Shown here one piece after another: positions 43,140 to 53,722 of a stretch of DNA of 64,000 bases. A program made the position numbers and the translations under genes. The stretch spans positions 128,001 through 192,000 of the forward strand of contig OZ241917.1 of NCBI GenBank assembly GCA_965203805.1, read 5' to 3'. The notes below the pieces were generated by a model. It searched no databases. It saw nothing but the letters and a program-made list of their open reading frames with translations, and was not told the DNA's origin. This DNA is from Candidatus Latescibacterota bacterium (lineage in GTDB: Bacteria; Latescibacterota; UBA2968; GCA-2709665). Within the stretch, counting starts at the first letter, position 1. The number at the start of each line of letters is the position of its first letter.

Positions 43140-46100
43140 ATGACTCGTTTGAGTTTCGGCCTGACATTACTGTTCCTGGCGTCGCCGGCCGTGGCGTCGC
43201 GCGCGATGACGGATTGGGCGGTGTACCAGCAGGACGACGGGCTTGCCCATAACGTCGTGACCGCAGTCGTGCAGGCGAAAGACGGCGCAATGTGGTTTGC
43301 CACACGCGGGGGTATCTCCCGATACGACGGCACGACCTGGCGGACGTTTACCGAAAAGCAGGGATTGCCCGCCAACGGGTTCAGCGGACTGTACGAAGCT
43401 GAGGACGGCACGCTGTGGGCCACCGGAGGACTCGGATTTCGGGGGCAGATCGAAAACCACATCGCCCGGCTGGCCGGGGACCGCTGGGAGCCGGTCATGT
43501 TGCCGGAAAACCTCGTGGATGTGAACGTGGGGCCGGTGATCGGCGTCGGCGAAGGAGGCTTGTGTTTTGCCACCGGGGGTATGGGAATACTCCACTTTAC
43601 CGGTGAAGAATGGAAGACGATCGATGAAGTGGATGGGCTTGCGTCCAACTATGTGCAATGCCTCTTGCGGTCGAAAGACGGCGCCGTATGGGCCGCGCAC
43701 ACCGGGCGGCGTCCGGGCGTGCCGTCTCCGCCCCGGTCGATGCGGGGGCGGGGCGGGGGCATGAGCCGATTCGACCCCGTGACCAATGAATGGGTGAAAG
43801 TCGCCACGCCTCGCGCCCTGGCGGGTAGCGCGGTCACGGCGATGGCCCAGGCGGTTGACGGCGCCGTCTGGATGGGTACGCTGAATCGCGGCGTCATGCG
43901 TTACGACGGTATCCATTGGCAGGGATTTTCGGTGGCGGACGGACTGCCCGCGGATCGGGTGCTGTCAGTGGCCGCGGCGCCCGACGGGTCCGTCTGGTTG
44001 GGAACCGTGGGGGGGGTGGTGCGGTTCCCGGCATTCGGAAGTGAATCGCAGGCCGGGGATCGCGGGCGGGTTCTTCAGGTCTTTACGGAAGAGAACGGGC
44101 TTCCAAGCAATCTGGTGACGTCCGTCTGCACAAGCACAGACGGTTCCGTATGGGTGGGAACGGCATGGGGTGTGGCGCGATACGGCGCCACCGGCTGGGA
44201 CCACCACCACCGCTGGGCGGGCGCGTCCGACCGTGGCGGGGTGGCCCTTGAACGCACGGCGGACGGCCGTTTGTGGGCGGCCACGGGAGAGCGTGTCTAC
44301 GAATATGACGGCGCCAACTGGAACGAGTCGTACCGGATTCGGAGGAACGGCCGCCGAAGGCCGGGGCGCATCGTGGCGCTGGAAGAAGGACGGGGCGGCA
44401 CGCTCTGGGCTGCCGTCGGCCGGCGTGTGTTGCGATTTGACGGCGTCCAATGGAAGGAATTCGGACTGCCCATGTCGGGCCCCGGATCGCGGATTCTGTC
44501 TATCTCTCCCGCGCGTTCCGGCGGGACGTGGGCTGGCACGCGCGCCGGGCTGTTTCGATTCGATGGGGAGGAATGGTCCGCGCACACGACCGGGATTTCA
44601 GGAGGAGTAAATGCGGTATACGAGTCCGGCGATGGCGCCCTCTGGCTTGGCGCCGCCGCCGGTGTCGTTCTGGAGAAAGACGGCGAACGAAGGACGTTTA
44701 CCACTGCCCACGGGTTGCCCGACGAGCCTGTCATCGCGCTGGCGGAATCGCAGGGCGCTGTCTGGGCCGCAACCCGCTTTAAGGGTATGTTTCGGTACCA
44801 TCAGGGTGCGTGGGAGGCCGTGCCGAGAGGAGACCAGACCGTTTTCGGCGGGGCGCACAGGCTCTTCGTGGATGACGACGGCATACTCTGGCTGGCGTCT
44901 CTCGCGATAGGCGCCGTCCATACCGATGGGGAGACCTGGACGCGGTACACGACGCGCAGCGGCCTGCCCGGCGCCAGCGTGTGGGACATCGCGCAGGACA
45001 GGCACGGCCGATTCTGGTTTGCAACGGACAAGGGTCTGGGATGCTACACGAGAGATGCGATCGCACCGGAAACATCGCTCTCCATGCCATCCAACGAGGT
45101 GGCGCCCTACCAGAGCGTGTTGTTCAAGTTCTCCGGTCAGGACGCCTGGAAGGATACCCCCACACGGGATCTGAAATACGCCTGGCGGGTGGACGGCGGC
45201 GACTGGTCGGTGTTTTCGGGCGAGGATCAGGCGCTCATGGGCCGCGTGGATCCTGGACCTCACACTTTCGAGGTGCGCGCGATGGACCGGGGATTCAATG
45301 TAGATCCGACACCGGCGCGCCGCACTTTCGTGGTTCTGGCGCCGGTCTGGCAGCGGCCGTGGTTCGTGGCGCTCAGTGTATTCTCTTTCGTGGCTCTCTG
45401 CGTATCGTCCGGGTACGCGCTGCACCGTCATCGACGGTGGCAGGAGGAACAGGCGCGGCAGATTCAGGAGCTGGAATCCGAGTTGCAGCAGGCGCACAGG
45501 ATGCAGATGGGGCTGCTGCCCACAGGCCCGATCCGGGACGAATCCTTTGAAATCGCGGGGGTCTGCGCACCGGCGAACCACGTTGGCGGCGACTATTTCA
45601 ATTATTTCTGGCTGGACGAGCGTACGCTGGGCTTCGGCGCTGCGGACGTATCGGGAAAGGCGATGGAGGCCGCGGTTCGCGCGATGCAGTTAAGCGGAAT
45701 CTTCAGGTACGAATTTCGAGGCCGGAGGCCGTTGAACGAGGTTGCGATGCGCCTGGACGAGGATTTGAGAGAGCAGATGGACGAGGCCAGTTTCGTCACC
45801 TGCTGCCTCGGCACGCTGAATCTCGAAACACGGTGCGTACAACTGATTAATGCCGCCCATCCCTTTCCGTATCACTATTCCGCCAGCGCTCGGGAATTGC
45901 GCGAAATTCACCTGCCGTCCATTCCTCTGGGCATCGTGTTGCCCCCGGGAAGCGCCGGGGGGCACGCGGAGGCCGCCATCCCCGTCGCGCCGGACGACTT
46001 GCTGGTGTTCTACAGCGATGGTGTAACGGATATGAGGAATGCGGCGGGCGAATTCTACGAGACGGATCGGCTGGAACAGACCATCAAGGCGCACATTCAC

Positions 46101-46235
46101 GCGGGCGCCGCGGATCTGGTCTCGGTGATCCTCGAGGATGTATACCGTTTCAAGGGAGAGGCGTCTCAGGCCGACGATATCACGCTTCTGGTGATTCGAA
46201 TGCAGAACGCAGACCGCGCGGAAACCGGCGGATGA
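43140..46235 (+). CDS. Membrane sensor phosphatase: Reg_prop beta-propeller + Y_Y_Y-like + TM + SpoIIE/PP2C
   Basis: Repeated DGL.SN.V...DG.LW.T units; PG.HTFEVRA; P.WQRPWF before TM; VGGDYF, DVSGK, AAHP, YSDGV, DDITL. Confidence 0.88.
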   Translation: MTRLSFGLTLLFLASPAVASRAMTDWAVYQQDDGLAHNVVTAVVQAKDGAMWFATRGGISRYDGTTWRTFTEKQGLPANGFSGLYEAEDGTLWATGGLGFRGQIENHIARLAGDRWEPVMLPENLVDVNVGPVIGVGEGGLCFATGGMGILHFTGEEWKTIDEVDGLASNYVQCLLRSKDGAVWAAHTGRRPGVPSPPRSMRGRGGGMSRFDPVTNEWVKVATPRALAGSAVTAMAQAVDGAVWMGTLNRGVMRYDGIHWQGFSVADGLPADRVLSVAAAPDGSVWLGTVGGVVRFPAFGSESQAGDRGRVLQVFTEENGLPSNLVTSVCTSTDGSVWVGTAWGVARYGATGWDHHHRWAGASDRGGVALERTADGRLWAATGERVYEYDGANWNESYRIRRNGRRRPGRIVALEEGRGGTLWAAVGRRVLRFDGVQWKEFGLPMSGPGSRILSISPARSGGTWAGTRAGLFRFDGEEWSAHTTGISGGVNAVYESGDGALWLGAAAGVVLEKDGERRTFTTAHGLPDEPVIALAESQGAVWAATRFKGMFRYHQGAWEAVPRGDQTVFGGAHRLFVDDDGILWLASLAIGAVHTDGETWTRYTTRSGLPGASVWDIAQDRHGRFWFATDKGLGCYTRDAIAPETSLSMPSNEVAPYQSVLFKFSGQDAWKDTPTRDLKYAWRVDGGDWSVFSGEDQALMGRVDPGPHTFEVRAMDRGFNVDPTPARRTFVVLAPVWQRPWFVALSVFSFVALCVSSGYALHRHRRWQEEQARQIQELESELQQAHRMQMGLLPTGPIRDESFEIAGVCAPANHVGGDYFNYFWLDERTLGFGAADVSGKAMEAAVRAMQLSGIFRYEFRGRRPLNEVAMRLDEDLREQMDEASFVTCCLGTLNLETRCVQLINAAHPFPYHYSASARELREIHLPSIPLGIVLPPGSAGGHAEAAIPVAPDDLLVFYSDGVTDMRNAAGEFYETDRLEQTIKAHIHAGAADLVSVILEDVYRFKGEASQADDITLLVIRMQNADRAETGG

Positions 46236-46286
46236 GTCCGACACACCCGGTGTGCGCAGGCGGCGTCACGTCGTGTGAAAGGATGC

Positions 46287-47165
46287 CTAGGCGCGTTCGT
46301 TATCGTCCGCCGGTCCGATCCCGGGATTGCGCGCTTCCGCGGATTTCACCGTCTGGGCGATCAAGGTGGCAATAGTCATTGGCCCCACGCCGCCGGGTAC
46401 GGGCGTGTAGGCCGCGCATCGGTCCACGACAGCAGAGAGTTCCACGTCGCCGACCGGCCCCGGATGGTAGCCGGCGTCAATGACGACCGCGTCGTCCGCA
46501 ATCCAATCGGCCCTGATGAACTCCGGTCTCCCGACCGCCCCGACGACAATGTCGGCCCAACGCACAATGCATGGCAGATTTCGGGTTCTGGAATGACAAA
46601 TGGTCACGGTTGCGTTCGCATTCAGCAGCATCATGGCCATTGGTTTGCCCAGAATGGGGCTCCGACCGACCACAACGGCGTTTCTGCCCTCCAGCGGGAT
46701 ATCGTAATGAAGAAGAAGCTTCATAATGCCCGCCGGTGTCGCCGCGCCGTAGGCTGGCGCACCCATCGCCATGAGACCGAAGCCGTGCGCCGTGACGCCG
46801 TCCACATCTTTGCGGGGCGAGATCCGGTCGAAGCACGTGCGCTCGTGGATATGGGCGGGAACCGGATGCTGCAGGAGAATTCCGTGTACGCGCGGGTCCG
46901 CGTTGAGCCTGTCGATTTCGGCCAGGAGTTGGCGCGTGGTCGTTTCTTCCCGCAGCAGGACTCGAACTGAATCCATGCCCACCCGTTTGCAGGCGTTTCC
47001 TTTCATTCGTACATAGGTGGCCGAGGCCGGGTCGTCTCCCACCAGAATGGTGGCAAGTACGGGGACCATGCCGTCCGCACGGTCCCGGATATGCGCCACC
47101 CGTTGTTTCAGGTCGAATTCAATCTGTCCGGCGAGTCTCTTTCCATCCAGAACCGTTGCAGGCAT
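46287..47165 (-). CDS. folD: Bifunctional methylene-THF dehydrogenase/cyclohydrolase
   Basis: [30 protein letters not shown]. Confidence 0.95.
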   Translation of the reverse strand: MPATVLDGKRLAGQIEFDLKQRVAHIRDRADGMVPVLATILVGDDPASATYVRMKGNACKRVGMDSVRVLLREETTTRQLLAEIDRLNADPRVHGILLQHPVPAHIHERTCFDRISPRKDVDGVTAHGFGLMAMGAPAYGAATPAGIMKLLLHYDIPLEGRNAVVVGRSPILGKPMAMMLLNANATVTICHSRTRNLPCIVRWADIVVGAVGRPEFIRADWIADDAVVIDAGYHPGPVGDVELSAVVDRCAAYTPVPGGVGPMTIATLIAQTVKSAEARNPGIGPADDNERA

Positions 47166-47279
47166 CCCGCCTCCCTGTCTGCGGTCTATCACCCTGTCGC
47201 GTCCTCCGGTTGTCGCAACCGACCTCCCGGACGTGACGGCGCCGGCCCGTCCACCCCTCGTAACGTCTCCTGTTCTCTC

Positions 47280-50200
47280 TTACCCTTCCTCGCACCACTT
47301 CCGGGCATTCTGAAAGAGCTGCAGCCAGGGCGAAGCGCCAAGGCGCTGCTTCCAGGATTCCGGCATCCAGCCCCACTGCCATTTCAGGAACGTCCTCTCC
47401 GGGTGCGGCATCATCGCCAGGTGGCGGCCGTCCGGGGAACAGAGGGCGGCGATGCCAAGGGGAGAGCCGTTGGGATTGAACGGATAGGCTTCACTGATTC
47501 GATCGGCGTCGTCGACGTATCGGATGGGGGCCAGGCTTTCCCGGATGACCCCATCCAGCGTTTCAGCGTCCGGAAAATGGATTCGGCCCTCGCCGTGCGC
47601 AACCCATATTCCCAGGGTGGCGCCACGCATGTTTCTGAGCATCACCGCCGGACTTTCCTGGATCTGTACCGTGACGAAGCGTGACTCGAAACGCCCGGAT
47701 GTATTCTGGACGAATCGAGGCTGACTCCCGGTTTCGATGCCCGGCCGGGGTACCCATCCGAGCAGGGCCATCAGCTGGCAGCCATTGCAGACGCCCAGGC
47801 TGAATGTGTCCGGTCGTACGTAAAACGACTGAAATTGGTCGCGCAGCCCCGGACTGAACCGGATGACTCCCGCCCATCCCTTGGCGGAATCCAGGACGTC
47901 CGCGTAACTGAAACCACCGACAAACGCGATGCCGCGAAAGGCGTCCAGCTGAACCCGATCAGCCTGAAGATCGGTCATGGTCACGTCCCAGGGCTCCAGG
48001 CCTGCCGCGTGGAACGCCGAGGCCATCTCACGGTCGCCGTTGCTTCCTTCCTCGCGGACGATGGCAACCGGAATCTTTGTCCGGGACGCCAGAATCTCGG
48101 GCGCGGTCGGCGCCGGTGTGAACGGTACCGTGTATCGGGGCGCCACTCGCTGCCTCAGCGAGTGGCGTTCCTGCTCCACGCACTGCGGGTCTGCCTGAAG
48201 CCGCTCGAGTCGGTAGCTCGTTTCCTCCCACAGGTCGCGAAGGTCCGCCATTTCATCGTCGAGTACGGTCAGGCCGTTCACGGCGATCTGTACCGACGTG
48301 TCTTCCGTGGTTTCGCCAATGGGAATACAGGGCACGTCCGCGGCCTCGAGGGTTTCGAGAACATGGGATGCTTTTTCGGCATGTACTTCGAATACCAGGC
48401 CCATCTCCTCGGAAAAGAGGGACGCCATCGGATCTGTAGACGCCGGAAGATCGATGCGGATGCCGCAATTTCCGGCAAACGCCATTTCGAGCAGACAGGT
48501 TACGATGCCGCCGTCGCTGCGGTCGTGACCCGCGGCAACGGCGTTTTCGGCGATGAGTCGCTGCATGGCGTTGAACGCGCGTTTGAGCCGACCGGGGTCG
48601 TCAACGTCGGGCGGCGTATCGCCGATCTGGCTGTAAACCTGGGCGAGGGCGGAACCGCCAAGGCGGTTCCTTCCGCCTGACATGTCGATGAAGAGCAGGC
48701 GACTGTTTCCGGGGAGTTTGAGGTCCGGCGTGACAACCCTGGTGACATCCGGACACGTTACATAAGCCGAAACGACCAGGGCTCCCGGCGCGGTCACGGT
48801 TTCCTCGGTCCCGTCGGGTCCGGGGGCCAGCGCAGCCATGGACAGGCTGTCTTTCCCGCCGTCGATGGCGATACCCAGCTCAAGCATCATGTCCACCATG
48901 GACGTGGCCGCATCGTAAAGCGAGGCGCCTTCGCCCGGCAGTTTCGCGGCCCACATCCAGTTCCCGGAGCATTTGACGTCTTCCAGGGAGCTTATGTGAG
49001 CCCATACCAGATTGGTCAGTGCTTCTCCGACGGTCATCCGGGCCATTGTCGCGGGGTCCAACAGCCCGATTACGGGCTGCTCCCCGATGGCCGTGGCGGC
49101 GCCGGTGATGCCGAAGTGGCTTTGCGCAATCACGGCGACGTCTGAAACCGTGAGCTGAAGCGGGCCCGCGCATTGCTGGCGAGCAACCAGTCCGGTGACG
49201 CTACGGTCGACCTTGTTGGTCAGAAAACGTTTGGAGCCAACCGAAACGAGGCGCAACACCCTCTCCAATGCGGACTTTACGGTGACGTCTTCAGGCAAAT
49301 TGAGGGGGGCCAATTCGGGTTGATTACGGTAGAGTTCGAATTCCTTCCGGGGCATGTCGCCCAGCACTTTGTCCAGTTCCAGGTCAACCGGGGTGGTGCC
49401 GTCATCGTCGTCGTACAGGACGATTCTTCCGCTTCCGGTTACATGCCCCACAAACGCCGCCTGTATCTTTTCGCGACCGCACAGGGCTCTGAACGCGCCC
49501 TCGTGCCGGGGATGCAGAAGCAGCGCGTCGTTTTCCTGGTATTCGGCGCCCCAGATCTCCAGCACGGACAGCGACCGGTCGCCCACGGGCAGCTGGCGAA
49601 CCTCGATGCGGGCGCCTTCAGGCGCGACGATTTCCTTGAGGACGTTACAGTTGCCGCCGGCCCCCTGGTCGTGGATGCTGACGATGGGATTGTCTTCGCC
49701 CATTTCCACGCATGCGCGGATGACCCGGTTTACTTTCTGCTCCATTTCAGCATCGCCCCGCTGTACCGCGTTGAAGTCCAATTCGGCCGTGTTCTCGCCC
49801 TGCACCATCGACGAAGCCGCCCCACCTCCCATCCCGATGCGGTACGCGGGACCTCCGAGCTTGACTACCCACATCTTCCTTTCGGGTTTTCCCTTGGTCG
49901 TGTGGCGGGCGTCGATCTGGCCGATGCCCCCGGTGAACATGATGGGTTTGATCCATTCGCGGCGCTGTCCGTTCGGCAGCCGCATACCAAATGCGCGGGT
50001 ATAGCCCTGAATGAGCGGTTCGCCGAATTTATTGCCGTAGTCGGACGCGCCGTTGCTGGCTTCGATTTCGATCCGGACGGGAGATGCCAGATTTCGGGGA
50101 TATGCGAACGTCCGGTCCTCCCAGGGCATCTCATAGCCGGGGATGCGGAGATTGCCCACGCAGTAGGCCGCGGTACCAGCGACGACAAGGCCGCCCCGAC

Positions 50201-51224
50201 CGACGGCATGCACGTCCCTGATGCGGCCGCCCGTACCGGTTTCCGCTCCCGGGAACGGCGCGACTCCGGTGGGAAAATTATGCGTTTCAGCGGTGAAGAC
50301 GATGTCATAATTCCGTTCGGAAGCGGCGAAAGGGCTCGGTTCTCCGGGCCTGCCGGGCAGGATGGTTCTCACAGAATACCCTCTGATGCCGCTGGCGTTG
50401 TCCCTGAACGCAATCGCGCTGTTGCCGGGGTTGGCTGCCAGGGGCCGCTGAATCATACCTAGAAGATGCTCCTGAATCTCCTCGCCGTCGATCGTCAGCC
50501 GGCCTCGAAAAAACCAGTGCCGCGAGTGTTCGCTGTTGGACTGGGCAATGTCGAAACACTCCACGTTCGTGGGATTGCGTCTAAAGTGATCCAGAAAGAG
50601 GTCCGTATAATAGTCGAGGTCCCATTCATCGAAGGCCAGTCCCAACGTTGCGTTGATGCGTTCCAACGCCGGTCTTCCCTCTTGAATGAGCGGGACCTCG
50701 GAGACGGGCTCCGGCAGCACGCCGGTCTCGAAGGACGCCAGCGGCGAGGGGTATTCGCATTCGGTCATGCGGTCATGGATCAGTTCGAGGAATTCGGATT
50801 CCTGCTCGTGCGTCAGCCGGGGCCGCAGCAGATAGCGCCTCGAGCGCTCGACGCGAGTGACTCCCGTCAGACCGCATGCGTGGCAGACTGAAACGGCGTT
50901 CGTGGACCAGGCCGTGCTGAAGTTCAGGCGAGGACCGACCTCGATCAGCGTGCCGTCATCGCCCAGAAACGGCGTTGGGCCGAACTTTTCCGGTTCGAAG
51001 GTCTCGCTCAGGAGCCAGGTGAGCCGCTCCCGTTCTCCGGCGGCCAATGAACCCTTCGGTGCGACGTTGAAGCAGGTTTCGGTTTCAAGCCGCGCAACAC
51101 CGTGACAGACGGTCTGTCGGACCTGACTGATCAGGGAGTCGGTCTGAGTCGGGGAGAGGTGCGGCGTGCGGTATAGATGTAGAAGACCCACGTTTCGTTT
51201 CAGTTCCTTTCCGAGGCTGTCCAT
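47280..51224 (-). CDS. purL: FGAM synthase, large single-chain form
   Basis: SNSEHSRHWFF, ETHNFPT, HDQGAGG, GGFSYAD, GVCNGCQ, MMPHPER; start may be GTG ~51191. Confidence 0.96.
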   Translation of the reverse strand: MDSLGKELKRNVGLLHLYRTPHLSPTQTDSLISQVRQTVCHGVARLETETCFNVAPKGSLAAGERERLTWLLSETFEPEKFGPTPFLGDDGTLIEVGPRLNFSTAWSTNAVSVCHACGLTGVTRVERSRRYLLRPRLTHEQESEFLELIHDRMTECEYPSPLASFETGVLPEPVSEVPLIQEGRPALERINATLGLAFDEWDLDYYTDLFLDHFRRNPTNVECFDIAQSNSEHSRHWFFRGRLTIDGEEIQEHLLGMIQRPLAANPGNSAIAFRDNASGIRGYSVRTILPGRPGEPSPFAASERNYDIVFTAETHNFPTGVAPFPGAETGTGGRIRDVHAVGRGGLVVAGTAAYCVGNLRIPGYEMPWEDRTFAYPRNLASPVRIEIEASNGASDYGNKFGEPLIQGYTRAFGMRLPNGQRREWIKPIMFTGGIGQIDARHTTKGKPERKMWVVKLGGPAYRIGMGGGAASSMVQGENTAELDFNAVQRGDAEMEQKVNRVIRACVEMGEDNPIVSIHDQGAGGNCNVLKEIVAPEGARIEVRQLPVGDRSLSVLEIWGAEYQENDALLLHPRHEGAFRALCGREKIQAAFVGHVTGSGRIVLYDDDDGTTPVDLELDKVLGDMPRKEFELYRNQPELAPLNLPEDVTVKSALERVLRLVSVGSKRFLTNKVDRSVTGLVARQQCAGPLQLTVSDVAVIAQSHFGITGAATAIGEQPVIGLLDPATMARMTVGEALTNLVWAHISSLEDVKCSGNWMWAAKLPGEGASLYDAATSMVDMMLELGIAIDGGKDSLSMAALAPGPDGTEETVTAPGALVVSAYVTCPDVTRVVTPDLKLPGNSRLLFIDMSGGRNRLGGSALAQVYSQIGDTPPDVDDPGRLKRAFNAMQRLIAENAVAAGHDRSDGGIVTCLLEMAFAGNCGIRIDLPASTDPMASLFSEEMGLVFEVHAEKASHVLETLEAADVPCIPIGETTEDTSVQIAVNGLTVLDDEMADLRDLWEETSYRLERLQADPQCVEQERHSLRQRVAPRYTVPFTPAPTAPEILASRTKIPVAIVREEGSNGDREMASAFHAAGLEPWDVTMTDLQADRVQLDAFRGIAFVGGFSYADVLDSAKGWAGVIRFSPGLRDQFQSFYVRPDTFSLGVCNGCQLMALLGWVPRPGIETGSQPRFVQNTSGRFESRFVTVQIQESPAVMLRNMRGATLGIWVAHGEGRIHFPDAETLDGVIRESLAPIRYVDDADRISEAYPFNPNGSPLGIAALCSPDGRHLAMMPHPERTFLKWQWGWMPESWKQRLGASPWLQLFQNARKWCEEG

Positions 51225-51952
51225 TGGGAAGCACCGATATGCGTGTGCAGCAATTCGGGCAGGGATCTGATGACTCGATCCGCCCGAATGTCGCTGTCAT
51301 GGGGCAGCCCCTCCCGTTTGGCATCGTTCCATACACAGTAGATGCCCAGTTTCTGCGGAACTGCTACCTCCCACTCCAGGTTGTCGCCCACCATCCACGT
51401 TTCCCCGGGCACGGCGTCCAGGAGGCGGAGCGCATCCGCATAGATTCGAATATCCGGCTTTCCGTAGCCGTACTCTCCTTCGATGAGAATGGCATCGAAG
51501 AATGGCGCAAGATTGAACCTGCGTATCTTATCCCGCTGGGGTTCGGCGCCTCCGTTCGTTACCAGCGCCATCCGCACCCGGCCGGCGCGAAGCGTTCGAA
51601 GCGTTTCGAGGGCGCCGGGGAACGGTTTAATCGTCTTTTGGCGCGCCTGGTGGTAGGATCGGGCGATTTCACCGGCGAGGTCCCAACTGTCTATGCCGAG
51701 CGTCCGCAAGCCATGGTGGATGAGTCGCTGGTACGCACGCGGCATGTTCTGGCGGTTCGCCCGGTGCCGGTCGGGATCGCCCCAGAACCAGGTTCGGGCC
51801 TCATTGAGCGCACGGAGCAGTTCGTTGGCATCGGCTCCGGGAATTCCGCACGCCGCCTCCTCGCAGACCCGCTTCCAGCACGGACCCGCATAGGTGGAAT
51901 AGGAGACGATGGTGTCGTCCAGATCCATCAACATCGCGGCGGGAAGGCGCAA
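51200..51952 (-). CDS. HAD-superfamily hydrolase (YjjG-like)
   Basis: DLDDT, TNG, KPD, MVGDN; start uncertain. Confidence 0.85.
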   Translation of the reverse strand: MRLPAAMLMDLDDTIVSYSTYAGPCWKRVCEEAACGIPGADANELLRALNEARTWFWGDPDRHRANRQNMPRAYQRLIHHGLRTLGIDSWDLAGEIARSYHQARQKTIKPFPGALETLRTLRAGRVRMALVTNGGAEPQRDKIRRFNLAPFFDAILIEGEYGYGKPDIRIYADALRLLDAVPGETWMVGDNLEWEVAVPQKLGIYCVWNDAKREGLPHDSDIRADRVIRSLPELLHTHIGASQWTASERN

Positions 51953-52320
51953 GGCCGGGCCCTTTCGATGATCGAGTTCGGCGTTGGTTCGGTTGTGGCG
52001 TCCCCGATAGAAAAGGGGTACCGCACGTGGCCAACCGGAATAATTATAGCGAATCGCGGTGCATATCGCCAATTTATAAATTTCATTAAATCAATAAAAA
52101 AATTTTATAATACTATAATACAAAGATGACCGGATACCGGGGACGCTCCACGCTTTCCGCTGGCTTACCGAAACCGAATTGGGTTGACAACCCGATTTGA
52201 TGGCCCTATTTTCTTCGCGGCATCCACGCGATGTCGTTTTCGGCCTTCGAGGGGTTCGCCGGGAGGGAACCTTCGAGGGCCGTTTTGACATGGCAGTCTT
52301 CTGTCTCGATGGGAGTGAGC

Positions 52321-53274
52321 ATGAATCTCCGTCCGCTCTGTTTGGGCGGTCCCCGGATTTCGGAAGTCGGACTGGGCGCCGGACCGTTCCGGGGATTGGA
52401 CTGGGGACCCGTGAACGACGAGACGTCGGTACGTACCGTCCACCGGGCGCTCGACGTGGGCGTGAACCTATTCGATACGGCTGACGCTTACGGGAACGGT
52501 CGCAGCGAACGGGTTCTGGGCAGGGCGCTGGCGGGGGTGCGGGAACAGGTCGTGCTGGCCACCAAAGGCGGCTGGTGGTACCTGGACGGCACCCCTTATT
52601 GCGATTTCTCGTTGATTTACCTGTGCCGGGCGGTAGAGGCCAGTCTGCGGTGTCTGAGAACGGACTATATCGATCTCTACTACATCCACGATCCGGATAC
52701 CGAGACCATTCGGCGAAGCGGTGTTTTCGAGTTTCTGAACCGGTTGAAAGAGGCGGGAACCATCCGTTTCGCCGGCGTTTCGGTCGATACGGTCGAGCAG
52801 GCGCGGCTGTGCATCGACTCCGGCTGTGTGGACGTGATTCAGATTTATTACAATATCTTGGACCAGCGTCCGGATCCCGGTCTGTTCGAGGCGGCACGGG
52901 CAGCGGGTGTCGGAACGGTGATCAAGGCGCCTATGGCGAGGGGTCTGTTGAGCGGGAAGTACCGAGAGGATTCCCGCTTTCCAGGAGCGGACTTTCGGTC
53001 GTATTGGCGCAGAGACGGCCGATTGCAGCGAGCGCTTGCCCAGGTGGCGAGGGTGGAAGCGCTGGTGGGCGGCCGGAGTCCAACGCTTGCACAGACGGCC
53101 CTCAGGTTCGTACTGAGCCATCCGGACGTGTCATGCGTGATTCCGGGCGCCAAGACGCCTGAACAGGCCGAGGCAAACGCGGCCGCGTCTGAATTGGGGT
53201 CGCTGGACGCCGCCGACGTTGCCGCGCTGAAGTCGCTCTACTCAGAGATGGCCGGTCCGGTTGATGCCCGGTAG
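52321..53274 (+). CDS. Aldo/keto reductase
   Basis: FDTADAYG.G.SE, ATK, DYIDLY.IH, IPGAK. Confidence 0.92.
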   Translation: MNLRPLCLGGPRISEVGLGAGPFRGLDWGPVNDETSVRTVHRALDVGVNLFDTADAYGNGRSERVLGRALAGVREQVVLATKGGWWYLDGTPYCDFSLIYLCRAVEASLRCLRTDYIDLYYIHDPDTETIRRSGVFEFLNRLKEAGTIRFAGVSVDTVEQARLCIDSGCVDVIQIYYNILDQRPDPGLFEAARAAGVGTVIKAPMARGLLSGKYREDSRFPGADFRSYWRRDGRLQRALAQVARVEALVGGRSPTLAQTALRFVLSHPDVSCVIPGAKTPEQAEANAAASELGSLDAADVAALKSLYSEMAGPVDAR

Positions 53275-53323
53275 CGGCGCGGGGAAGGCAGTGTATGGAA
53301 GGGTTGTTCATCCGTGCAAACCG

Positions 53324-53362
53324 AAGCAAAAGAGGCGGGGTTTAACCCCGCCTCTTTTGCTT
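53324..53362. terminator. Bidirectional intrinsic terminator
   Basis: AAGCAAAAGAGGCGGGG-TTTAA-CCCCGCCTCTTTTGCTT. Confidence 0.85.
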
Positions 53363-53387
53363 GTGGATGCCACTTGCAGATGCGACT

Positions 53388-53573
53388 TCAGTCCGCGGCG
53401 ATACCCAGGGATTCCGCGCCGGTACTCGCCTCGCCCGCCAGGGCCTGCCTGGCATTGTCCATAAACTGCGCGATGCGCACCTGAAGGTCTTTGGCTTCCG
53501 ATTCAAACCGATCCAGCTCGTCCACGAGATCCTCATAATCGAGGCGTGGCGCGACGCCTGCGCGGTTCGCCAT
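53388..53573 (-). CDS. Small acidic coiled-coil protein of unknown function
   Basis: AGGGAG RBS, own terminator, amphipathic acidic helix. Confidence 0.65.
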   Translation of the reverse strand: MANRAGVAPRLDYEDLVDELDRFESEAKDLQVRIAQFMDNARQALAGEASTGAESLGIAAD

Positions 53574-53722
53574 ACAACACACTCCCTTCGTGCAAGGGGA
53601 ATCAGGGAGAGGGGGGAGGTTGATTGCCGTACACGCTCGGGTTATATATGTTAGGGATCAAAATATAGGACAGGGTGAGAGTAGGGTCAAGAGAAAAGGC
53701 GAAAATAGCGGATTTCCCGCGG

